IMG/VR virus record: IMGVR_UViG_3300025626_000006
Coordinates: 1-64,000 of that record
Reading direction: 5' to 3' (one strand)
Length of the DNA: 64,000 bases
From: a virus
Shown: positions 56,053 to 64,000 of the stretch, piece after piece
Position numbering within the stretch: the first letter of the stretch is position 1
Layout: the number at the start of each line of letters is the position of its first letter
Program-made: the position numbers and the translations under genes
The notes under the pieces: model-generated
The model's database searches: none
The model's input: the letters and a program-made list of their open reading frames with translations, nothing else
What the model was told of the DNA's origin: nothing

Positions 56053-57975
56053 CTAAAATAACGGAACTACTCTACCACGAATATCAATATCAGGAAATTT
56101 AATTTCAAATACCGATGGGTCTTTAGGTGGGTATACAATACCCTTCTTTGTAGCGTTCTTAATGTTATACTTTCGTGGTGAATATTGACCACCATCTTTA
56201 TTTATTATTTGTAAACCACCCTCACCTAAAGCGTTCGGTCTAACCACACTCTGAACACCGTCAACTTCATCTAACATTACATAAAGGTCAGATAACAGAA
56301 TGGGTTGGTTGATTCCAATTTTGTCTACTGCAAAATAATTTTTTAATTTAGCTATACAATTTAAAAGAACTTCGTTAGCGTTAAAGTTTGGTTTAACTAC
56401 AAGTTCGAAATCAATAGCAATATTTACTATATATGCATTCTTTATATTGATAGCATCTGTTAGGATTCTATAAAAAGACATATAGTTTAATAAGTTTGTT
56501 TTAGTTGCGTTGTTTATTAAAGCAAGTTTCTTGTTAGAATCGTATCCTAATACATAAAAGTTTATAGCTAATGGATTTGAAACAGATGTATCTGTAAATA
56601 CCCCATCATCTAATAATGTTTGGATTTGAAAATCTGGCGCCACAAATGCTTTTGATATAGAACCAAATTGAGGTGGCATAGCGTAAGCTCTTACTACATA
56701 ATCTTCTCGTGTTACTGCTCTTGCCTGAGCTCCAAAATATGCTTTAGCATTTTCTCTTACCTCATCCATGGTCTCTTCAAACTTACCACCCATTGCTGGT
56801 ACTTCATTTGATACTGCTATTGACTTTTTAGCTTCTTTAAATAAGTCACCATCTAATCCTATATCTGTTGTTTCGATAACTACATTAGCTAACTTATTCA
56901 AATCTTGTGCAACAACATTATCAATAACACCCTTACTAATTCTATACGTTACACTTAATGTAGTGTTTGCTGGAGCGACTCCATAGGTTTTTGAATACAA
57001 AAAGTTTGATGGGTCAAGTCCTTGATTTAAGTTACCAGTTGCATTGTACAATGATGACCCAACGTTATCTGGATTTGGAAGTAACTCTTCATCAGCATTT
57101 GATGATACACCTGCTCCAAATTGAATTTCAATCTCCCCCTCGTCTGTTACACGAGTTATATATCGTTTAGGAACTTTTTTTAATTTTAATAAAGCTGGAG
57201 TTTCACTTGCAAATGCTGAATGCTTTAATGAGTACTCTGATGTGTTAGGTGATTCTTCAAATACAGTATCTTGCCCAAGGTAATCTACCTTAGTCCACTC
57301 ATCACCCTCAGAATCCATTATTTTAATTACGTCAATTAAACCATCTTCATCTTTTAATCGTATCTTATCATATATCTTAGGAGAACCGAATGTATATGTT
57401 TTAACCTTCTCTTTACCACTTGTAGCTTGTACATATTTTTTCAAAAGAAATTTTACTGGTAGATTTGTATTGTCATCTATTTGATAAACGGATACTTCCG
57501 TTGGGTCGAATGATGATGAATAATTAAATCTAACTTTTTGATTTGTAGTAAATGCAATATCACCATCAGATTCTGCGGTGACTTTAGCTCCTTCTTGAAG
57601 AGTAAGTGCGTATCTAAAATCAGGCGATACATTAACACCAGTACCAATAGCTGGAACTAATTGGTACATACTTAACTTAGAAGTTGCTGGCACATTAAGT
57701 TTAGGTTTATATCCTAAAGATTGTGCGATTGCAAATACGTTCTTTTTTTCTTGTGCTTGTTCTAATAGAGACTCTCTTAACTGAACATCCGTATAGTACG
57801 AAAGTACATCACCTACATATGATGCGATTTCCATCATCATCATACCAGGAGAAGCCTCGTTGAAGTCATTGTAAGTTTGAGGGAAATAGTTTTTTGTGAA
57901 GTCTATAAGATTAGTTCTTATACTTCCAAAATCTCTACCTATTAAACTAACATCTTTTTTAATTTTATCTGCCAT
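56053..57975 (-). CDS. gp6: baseplate wedge subunit, T4 gp6 / baseplate J-like
   Basis: RDF..IR..YFP..YNDF.E.SPGMM..YVGDVLSYY; FG.G; RAVTREDY. Confidence 0.88.
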   Translation of the reverse strand: MADKIKKDVSLIGRDFGSIRTNLIDFTKNYFPQTYNDFNEASPGMMMMEIASYVGDVLSYYTDVQLRESLLEQAQEKKNVFAIAQSLGYKPKLNVPATSKLSMYQLVPAIGTGVNVSPDFRYALTLQEGAKVTAESDGDIAFTTNQKVRFNYSSSFDPTEVSVYQIDDNTNLPVKFLLKKYVQATSGKEKVKTYTFGSPKIYDKIRLKDEDGLIDVIKIMDSEGDEWTKVDYLGQDTVFEESPNTSEYSLKHSAFASETPALLKLKKVPKRYITRVTDEGEIEIQFGAGVSSNADEELLPNPDNVGSSLYNATGNLNQGLDPSNFLYSKTYGVAPANTTLSVTYRISKGVIDNVVAQDLNKLANVVIETTDIGLDGDLFKEAKKSIAVSNEVPAMGGKFEETMDEVRENAKAYFGAQARAVTREDYVVRAYAMPPQFGSISKAFVAPDFQIQTLLDDGVFTDTSVSNPLAINFYVLGYDSNKKLALINNATKTNLLNYMSFYRILTDAINIKNAYIVNIAIDFELVVKPNFNANEVLLNCIAKLKNYFAVDKIGINQPILLSDLYVMLDEVDGVQSVVRPNALGEGGLQIINKDGGQYSPRKYNIKNATKKGIVYPPKDPSVFEIKFPDIDIRGRVVPLF

Positions 57976-57986
57976 ATCCTATTACC

Positions 57987-58424
57987 CTATGCTATTGATA
58001 GACCACCTTGTTCATCTACATTTAATATAATTATGTTATTTGCTCCACTTTCTCCAACAGAAAATGTAAAAGAAATATTAACTCTATTACTATCCGCTAA
58101 GTTTTCTACTACTATTTCAGTCATATTAATATATGGTAGCCAGAATTTAATATCTTCCGATACAGTATCTTTTAGATTATCTAATAGCTCTTGAGTTATA
58201 TTTTCAAATAAGAATGATGGAATATCTGTTCCAAATAATGGTTGTAGTGGTCGTTCTCCTTTACGCGTTAATAGTAAATTTTTTAAATTAGATAAAGCTT
58301 GGTCTTGTGTTGTGTAAGTGCTAGCGAATATTGGAGTACCCCCTAATGGGAATGGTATTCCAACTGCCACATTCTTTTGTAAATCTAAAGGATTTATCTT
58401 TTGTGATACTCTAGCTTTTGCCAT
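57987..58424 (-). CDS. gp25: baseplate wedge subunit, gp25-like
   Basis: NLKNLLLTRKGERP.QP.FGT..LFE..WLPYI. Confidence 0.9.
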   Translation of the reverse strand: MAKARVSQKINPLDLQKNVAVGIPFPLGGTPIFASTYTTQDQALSNLKNLLLTRKGERPLQPLFGTDIPSFLFENITQELLDNLKDTVSEDIKFWLPYINMTEIVVENLADSNRVNISFTFSVGESGANNIIILNVDEQGGLSIA

Positions 58425-58870
58425 TACAATAACCCTGATTTCTTTTTATTAATAGCTTTCATTAGCCCTGAGTAATCTCGTGTTAATGCATCTGCTACAC
58501 CAGAGTCAACGACTTTCTGCATATCAGTTGTTCGTCCATCTGAATCTGTTTGTGGTATCATGGATGTATTTACTTGACCATTACCACCAAATGCTTGAGC
58601 CATATCAGCCCCAAACATACCATTTGGTGTACCACTCATATTTCTCCATTGACCATCATTAGCGGTTTCATTTAATAAATCAGAAAACTTGTTCTCTTTG
58701 AACATTGCTGTGTTTGGTTTACTTTTAGTTTTTCGACTAATCGCTTGCTTTGGAGTATTAGCTTCTTTTAAAAGAGATTCCTTAATAGCCATTGTCTGTT
58801 TAGCTACTTGCTTTTTTACCTCTTCTTTAATTAACAATTTGATTGCTTTTACAAATTTGTTTGTGTCCAT
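58424..58870 (-). CDS. hypothetical protein with LIKEE/LLKE/LLNE sites
   Basis: 148-aa ORF; C-terminal ALTRDYS.LMKA. Confidence 0.55.
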   Translation of the reverse strand: MDTNKFVKAIKLLIKEEVKKQVAKQTMAIKESLLKEANTPKQAISRKTKSKPNTAMFKENKFSDLLNETANDGQWRNMSGTPNGMFGADMAQAFGGNGQVNTSMIPQTDSDGRTTDMQKVVDSGVADALTRDYSGLMKAINKKKSGLL

Positions 58871-58894
58871 AGTAATAAATAGTTTAAATTATTT

Positions 58895-59950
58895 TTATTG
58901 TTTCATTAAGCCCAATTCAGTCGTTATTTTTGCAATACGAGCTGTTATTGCGGCTGTTTGTCCTTTGAGTGTAGCACCTGCGCCAGCAAGTGGGGCATTT
59001 ACCCCTACAATAGTGTTTGGAGTTGTAGAAATGTTTCCAATTGCTCCAGCTTGCGCAAAACTACTCACAGCACTTGTTAACTCATTTAACTCATTTTTGA
59101 TTTCTTCGATTTGAGTAAACATATTATCCATAGCAGCTTTCCATGTTGGAGTTGATATATTTACATCACCACTACCAATGATAGCTACACTATCTGTTTT
59201 AGCATTAAGTACAATCCTATCACTATTAGCTACAATCTGATTACCAGTGTAGACTGCTGTTGGTATAATCCCCCTAGCTCCAGCTACATCATGTGCTGAG
59301 TCAAGGGATATTTTATGTCCCGATGTAAGGTATATTGACGTGTCGTCATCATTTACATCTTCGATTGTGAATGTGTTCCAACCATCTGCTTTTTGAGTAT
59401 TTCTTAAAATTGTGATTGGGTTTGCTGGTGGGCCTGACCAAGTAGGTTCTTTAGATGTTTGTGCTCCTGATGGTGTATATCCTAATCTTATCGATTGACC
59501 GAATCTACCTTCAAGTAAAACATCACCACTAAATGGTTGAAGTTGTGATAGGTCAGCTACTTCTTCAAATCCAAAATCAAAAGCAAAATCAGAAGAACCA
59601 CCACCCGATGGATTCCCTGCTGCAGCTGCTTCGTAACTACCACCGTCTGTACCAGATGATAACCCAAGTGAAGATTTAGGAAGTACGTTGTGATTTATGT
59701 TTCGTTGTAAAGATACCGAAGTTGTATAGTAGTATCTTGAAGTTCTTGATAATGAACTAGCGTCTGGTCCGGGATGTTTTAGAATATGAATCATTTCACC
59801 TATAACAGGAACACGTTGAATATTCGTGTCCATTGGCCATGCTACAACTTCACTAAAAGCGTTTCCACCATTATTGATTTCTACTATTATGGAGTGTAGA
59901 AAATCAGATTCGGAGTCATTAAGTTTAACTTGTTTAACAGTACCTACCAT
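58895..59950 (-). CDS. baseplate hub / central spike-like protein
   Basis: N-terminal OB-like P.IGE.I, GDVLLEGRFGQSIR, NSDRIVLNAK; upstream of gp25. Confidence 0.55.
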   Translation of the reverse strand: MVGTVKQVKLNDSESDFLHSIIVEINNGGNAFSEVVAWPMDTNIQRVPVIGEMIHILKHPGPDASSLSRTSRYYYTTSVSLQRNINHNVLPKSSLGLSSGTDGGSYEAAAAGNPSGGGSSDFAFDFGFEEVADLSQLQPFSGDVLLEGRFGQSIRLGYTPSGAQTSKEPTWSGPPANPITILRNTQKADGWNTFTIEDVNDDDTSIYLTSGHKISLDSAHDVAGARGIIPTAVYTGNQIVANSDRIVLNAKTDSVAIIGSGDVNISTPTWKAAMDNMFTQIEEIKNELNELTSAVSSFAQAGAIGNISTTPNTIVGVNAPLAGAGATLKGQTAAITARIAKITTELGLMKQ

Positions 59951-60324
59951 TACTCGTCTCCACTTTCTTCTTTAGGTAAATCTTTTTCTACTTCATCGAT
60001 AGCGTCCATTAGTTGGCGCTTTTCGTCTTCTGATAACATAAACCCACCATCGTCTGATGAGTTATTGTCTTTCATCATTCTTTGAACAATAGCCGCTAGT
60101 TTTACTAATGCGTCATCATTCCTAACTGATATGTCAAGATATTCCTTTATTAATGGAACAACTACTGATGCATCATTTAGATTCTTGACCATTGGTTCAA
60201 GTTGTGCAATCAGTAGTTTAATTTGTCTATCTTTCTTTTTTTGATTGGAGTATATATCCCCCATCAAGTCAGCAAAAGACTTTCCTTTAAATATTTCATC
60301 GTCTTTGGTCATTGAATTCCTCAA
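59950..60324 (-). CDS. hypothetical helical protein
   Basis: Overlaps the sigma gene end; an internal start at MTKDDEIF is possible. Confidence 0.55.
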   Translation of the reverse strand: MRNSMTKDDEIFKGKSFADLMGDIYSNQKKKDRQIKLLIAQLEPMVKNLNDASVVVPLIKEYLDISVRNDDALVKLAAIVQRMMKDNNSSDDGGFMLSEDEKRQLMDAIDEVEKDLPKEESGDE

Positions 60325-61027
60325 TTCTATGGTTTAGATTTTGTAAACCACCATTTAAATAATCGATATATAATTCTTTATATAAGTATTTTAATTTTCC
60401 AATTACTTTTGTTATATATTGTGTTTGTACGCCGGTTCTTTCTCTAATAAGTATGTAGAGTGCCTTTTTGTTGTACGAATAAAGGTCGTGTCGTGTTCTA
60501 AATAACTCATTAATAGAGTCAGCAATTTTTTGGTCTCGTTCTTTTGTAAACAATTTAAATAGATTAGCATCTATATATCTTACATAGAAATCAAAAAAGT
60601 CAGATACCGATTCTCTCATTTCTTTATCAAATACTTCATTCGTTATATTTCTTGAAGTATCAATCGCTTCTACCTTATCTTTTTGCTTCATACGTTGGTA
60701 GTTCTGATTGTTTTCATTGAAGAGGTAGTTTCTAGCTACAACTGTAAAGTAGGAAAATGCTCTACCATTTTCTCCATTGAATTTAGTTATCTTTTGATTT
60801 AGAAAAGCTACTACGTTTGCCTTTACGTCATCGTAAGGAACATCGAAGTAATACGTTTTGTAAGTATGTATTACATTTTCAGACAACTTATCGAATGGGT
60901 AGTGAATAAATCTATTGTAGATTTTATTCTTTAACTTCATATCATCAGAACCATTATATGCGTTTATAGCTATTTCTGTGATTTTTGTAAAATACCTCTT
61001 ACTTCGTTTCCTTCGCTTCTTGGCCAT
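60296..61027 (-). CDS. RNA polymerase sigma factor for late transcription (gp55-like)
   Basis: KF..ENGRAFSYFTVVARNYL resembles sigma region 2 of gp55-like factors. Confidence 0.72.
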   Translation of the reverse strand: MAKKRRKRSKRYFTKITEIAINAYNGSDDMKLKNKIYNRFIHYPFDKLSENVIHTYKTYYFDVPYDDVKANVVAFLNQKITKFNGENGRAFSYFTVVARNYLFNENNQNYQRMKQKDKVEAIDTSRNITNEVFDKEMRESVSDFFDFYVRYIDANLFKLFTKERDQKIADSINELFRTRHDLYSYNKKALYILIRERTGVQTQYITKVIGKLKYLYKELYIDYLNGGLQNLNHRIEEFNDQRR

Positions 61028-61289
61028 AATATTTTTCTAAGTCTTCTATTATTTCATACATCTGCTTAAATATAGTCCCAGTCTCATCGTCAGCTTCAAA
61101 TGCTCCTTTGGTATCTAAGTCTTTTAACTTTTCCATCGACTTATCAATCTTTTGAGCGATTGTCGATATTGTGTTTTCCTGCTCTTCAACAACATCCTCA
61201 GTAGCTTCGTTCTTACGGAGTAAATTCCATGTTGTAAAAATGAATACTAATGATACAATTGTATTGAGTATAATAATTGTTGTTATCAT
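60999..61289 (-). CDS. small membrane-anchored protein
   Basis: N-terminal TM helix, coiled coil, GAFEADDETG. Confidence 0.6.
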   Translation of the reverse strand: MITTIIILNTIVSLVFIFTTWNLLRKNEATEDVVEEQENTISTIAQKIDKSMEKLKDLDTKGAFEADDETGTIFKQMYEIIEDLEKYYGQEAKETK

Positions 61290-61290
61290 A

Positions 61291-62073
61291 TTAATCTTCT
61301 ACTATGTCTTTAAATGCATCAAATACATTTACAGACGTTTTTGTTTGTTTAGAAAACGTATCGCTTAACTTACCTTTAGCTGACGGTCTACCATTGGGGT
61401 TTCGAGTTGATTTAACTTTACTACCTTGTGTTTCCCATCTTTTGTTTTCATAAATAGCAGCCATCTGGTCTGCAGTGTGCATGATGAATGGTAATGAGGT
61501 TTTTAATCTGTCATCGTTATTGTACTTAATGTAATATTGTTTATTACCTTCGTCATATAACCCATCAGTTAATCTCATACCTATCATTTCCACTTCGGTA
61601 TACTTTACACCAAAATGATTTAGGTTGAACATAGTTCGGTCATTGGTATTCATCCAATGAATATCAGGACTTGTTTTATATATCTTTCCTTGATTCTTAA
61701 CATGCCACTCAGAATCATTCTTTATATAATAGTCTTTGTCAGCAGTACCTAACTTACCTAAGTCATGGTGAAGTGCTGTAAACAACAAGGTCTCTCTGTC
61801 AATGTCTTCCATTATCATTCCAAGGTCTTTCCATAGGTCGTATACCTTTAGTGAGTTTCTACACACTCTAAGTACATGGTCTACATATCCACCTGGAAAT
61901 GCATTATGATAATGTTCAACTGATGATGCTGGTGTGTAAATCATTCTCTCTTCATAATGGTCATACATTTTGTTAAGAGATTCCAACCTTTCACCAGTAA
62001 AGGTTTGGTTGATTAACTTTCTGAACTTTTGGTAGTTTTCTACAAGTTCTTCTGCTGTAAAGAAATTTGTCAT
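61291..62073 (-). CDS. HD-domain phosphohydrolase (YhaM-like)
   Basis: PAS..YHNAFPGGYVDH..ALHHDLGK..MHTAD. Confidence 0.85.
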   Translation of the reverse strand: MTNFFTAEELVENYQKFRKLINQTFTGERLESLNKMYDHYEERMIYTPASSVEHYHNAFPGGYVDHVLRVCRNSLKVYDLWKDLGMIMEDIDRETLLFTALHHDLGKLGTADKDYYIKNDSEWHVKNQGKIYKTSPDIHWMNTNDRTMFNLNHFGVKYTEVEMIGMRLTDGLYDEGNKQYYIKYNNDDRLKTSLPFIMHTADQMAAIYENKRWETQGSKVKSTRNPNGRPSAKGKLSDTFSKQTKTSVNVFDAFKDIVED

Positions 62074-62083
62074 TTTATATTAT

Positions 62084-62725
62084 TTAAATTATTACGTCTA
62101 CTATTCCTAACTCCTTAGCTCGTTCAGATGACATAAAGAAATCTGATGATGATATGTTTTCCCAATATGCTTTATCTTCGTTAGAATATTTAGCCATTAA
62201 TTCATTACAATCGCTTTCTAATTCTTCGCTAAATTTAGCATTAGATTTTACATCATTTAATTTACCAACAACAACTGTTGATAATTGGTGAACCATAATC
62301 TTAGAATGTTTTGATATCATTCGATTACCAGTTCCACAAGTAAGTAGTAATGCAGCTGCAGACATGGCTGCTCCCCTAACTATAATATTAAAAGTTATAC
62401 CTTGTGCTTTCATTGTATCCATAAAGTCAATTAAAGCCAAAGTTTCTATTACATCTCCTCCTGGAGAATTTAATAGAATATTGAACACCTTAACATCTTC
62501 GTTAAGTTTCATTAACAATCGTGTTTTAGCAACGACATCGAATGTCATTCCTGATTGTATTTCACCTTCAATAATAATTACATTATCTTTAGTATCAATA
62601 CCATAGTCGAATTCTCTGAAATACTTTCTGTTTGGGTCTGTCATTCCTTGCTCTTCTTTATTATAGGAAACCGATATACTATCATCTAAATAGGTGTTCG
62701 ATTCATTTCCGTATAGTTCGTCCAT
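62084..62725 (-). CDS. clpP: ClpP-like serine protease
   Basis: NSPGGD, AAMSAA (Ser), IMVHQ (His), SDFFM..AKELGIVD (Asp). Confidence 0.9.
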   Translation of the reverse strand: MDELYGNESNTYLDDSISVSYNKEEQGMTDPNRKYFREFDYGIDTKDNVIIIEGEIQSGMTFDVVAKTRLLMKLNEDVKVFNILLNSPGGDVIETLALIDFMDTMKAQGITFNIIVRGAAMSAAALLLTCGTGNRMISKHSKIMVHQLSTVVVGKLNDVKSNAKFSEELESDCNELMAKYSNEDKAYWENISSSDFFMSSERAKELGIVDVII

Positions 62726-62737
62726 AATTCTATTATT

Positions 62738-62779
62738 AAAGTTATACTAATATACAACATTTGTATGAGAATACCAAAT
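62738..62779 (-). promoter_or_regulatory. Bacteroidota-type sigmaA promoter (-33 TTTG / -7 TAnnTTAG) for the clpP-HD-sigma operon
   Basis: Minus strand TTTG-N20-TATATTAG. Confidence 0.65.
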
Positions 62780-62787
62780 GTTTTTGT

Positions 62788-63876
62788 TTATTTTTTAGAA
62801 GTGTCAGCGTAGTTGTGTTTTGAGTTACGTTTTATGGATTCACCATAAAGTTCTTTAGTGTCTAAGGTTTCAACTTTTTCATTAGGAACAAACCTTACTT
62901 CTTCTTTTTGAGGTTGTTCTTTTTCCACCTCTTTTTCACTATCTCCGCCCGTTTTTTCATCAGCATTAAACTGCTCGTTAAAATCTTGCATCTCTTCTTC
63001 AGTCCACATACCATCATCTATAATATCTAAAACCTTCTCACTATCATCAATATCTTCAGCTTCTTTATTTTTTTTATCGTTTCCTAATAACTTATTTAAT
63101 GCTATTACCATAGCTATCGCTAATGGGTCAAACACAAAGACAATTAGTAATGTAAACCAATTTACAATTACATTCATAGCTTTACCAGTTATTTCAGACA
63201 TATATCTAAGAGGCCCAATTTCAGCGGCTATCTCATTATTAGATTCTAAATCTAATATTTGTAAGTCAAGCCTTGTAATTGAATCTGTAACTGATTCTAT
63301 CTTTATACTAATATCATTTCGTGATTGTACAGCCAAGTCTAACTCTTTTGTTAATAACCTTCGAGTTGAGGATGATTGTGTCGTAATTATATTACCAAGC
63401 GTGTCTTTATATTGTATCTTATTATTAGTTATACCATTCCTTAAATCACCAATCGATGTACTTAGGCTGGATTTCTCATTCATAAAATAATTTAATTGTT
63501 CATTAAACCTATTCTTTTTTAGTTCAATTACATTTATCTGTTTATCCATAACACCAAGTTGGTCAGCTGTTTTTTGATAAGCAGCAGTTAGGAATCCATA
63601 GATACCAGCTGATGTGATTATCATTAATACACCTACTGCTAAGGTAAGATACCACTTCATCCACCCAGCTTTATTCCAATGGTTATGTAGGTATGATGCT
63701 ATTATTAATTTAGAGAACTCTAAAGCAGCCGCCATAATTATTACTTCTGTTTTTGCTCCAGCAAATAAAGAGCTAAGCCCAAAGACCGAATAGTATGCTG
63801 CTGAACCAGCCAACGCAAGTGTACTGAGTATCATCAGTAATATGAATATATTTGACCTGTTAAATATTTTTTTCAT
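62788..63876 (-). CDS. multi-pass membrane protein with coiled coil
   Basis: Three N-terminal TM helices (AAYYSVFGL, LEFSKL, TSAGIYGFL), heptads, EIGPLRY..VFDPLA. Confidence 0.7.
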   Translation of the reverse strand: MKKIFNRSNIFILLMILSTLALAGSAAYYSVFGLSSLFAGAKTEVIIMAAALEFSKLIIASYLHNHWNKAGWMKWYLTLAVGVLMIITSAGIYGFLTAAYQKTADQLGVMDKQINVIELKKNRFNEQLNYFMNEKSSLSTSIGDLRNGITNNKIQYKDTLGNIITTQSSSTRRLLTKELDLAVQSRNDISIKIESVTDSITRLDLQILDLESNNEIAAEIGPLRYMSEITGKAMNVIVNWFTLLIVFVFDPLAIAMVIALNKLLGNDKKNKEAEDIDDSEKVLDIIDDGMWTEEEMQDFNEQFNADEKTGGDSEKEVEKEQPQKEEVRFVPNEKVETLDTKELYGESIKRNSKHNYADTSKK

Positions 63877-64000
63877 GTTTTTGTACCAAAATTGATTTTA
63901 TTAACTTTTAGTTTTGTACTTATATCTACACAACCTAAGTTGCTAAGCTTAATAACTTAGTAATTATCTAAGATAATCACAAGTATAAATATAGATTATT

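Noticed and set aside
63934-63980. Two short inverted repeats at the right edge as an origin or operator
   Set aside because: Weak AT-rich stems and the context is truncated by the window end.
1-64000. Stop-codon reassignment, tRNA genes, introns, or a diversity-generating retroelement
   Set aside because: Genes tile densely in the standard code, core genes are uninterrupted, intergenic gaps show no cloverleaf, and no reverse transcriptase is visible.

Overview
The window is a 64-kb segment of a large, AT-rich, T4-like (myovirus-type) phage genome. All credible genes are on the minus strand in the standard code. Reading right to left in transcription order: a membrane protein, ClpP, an HD hydrolase and a gp55-like late sigma factor; a baseplate cluster (spike/hub-like, gp25, gp6, wedge and collar proteins, with an embedded Pol-beta-type nucleotidyltransferase); T7-endonuclease-I-like resolvase, primase and a single-chain Mre11-Rad50; a 3491-aa repetitive tail fibre with an S74 chaperone; a block of putative internal-head proteins; a glycosyltransferase-like gene; terminase, portal, prohead protease, an Hc1-like histone, ribosomal protein bS21, scaffold and major capsid protein; PhoH; several mosaic fibre proteins; and a collagen-like gene running off the left edge. 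A Bacteroidota host is inferred from TTTG-N20-TAnnTTWR promoters, the Hc1-like protein, a lipoprotein rich in D-T/S-hydrophobic sequons, and bS21 within the head cluster. The main findings are: (1) an ORF missing from the track that fuses an N-terminal, apparently C-cleavage-only Hint domain to a regularly kinked collagen; (2) polyproteins of small domains separated by [VIL]-x-E prohead-protease-type linkers, probably capsid cargo delivered to the host; (3) phage bS21 together with Shine-Dalgarno use concentrated in structural genes; (4) a pervasive [ST]-[GAS]-S motif in virion proteins near a DxD glycosyltransferase-like gene; (5) a late-promoter motif that is the reverse complement of the T4 one. 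All family calls come from motif recognition, not database searches.
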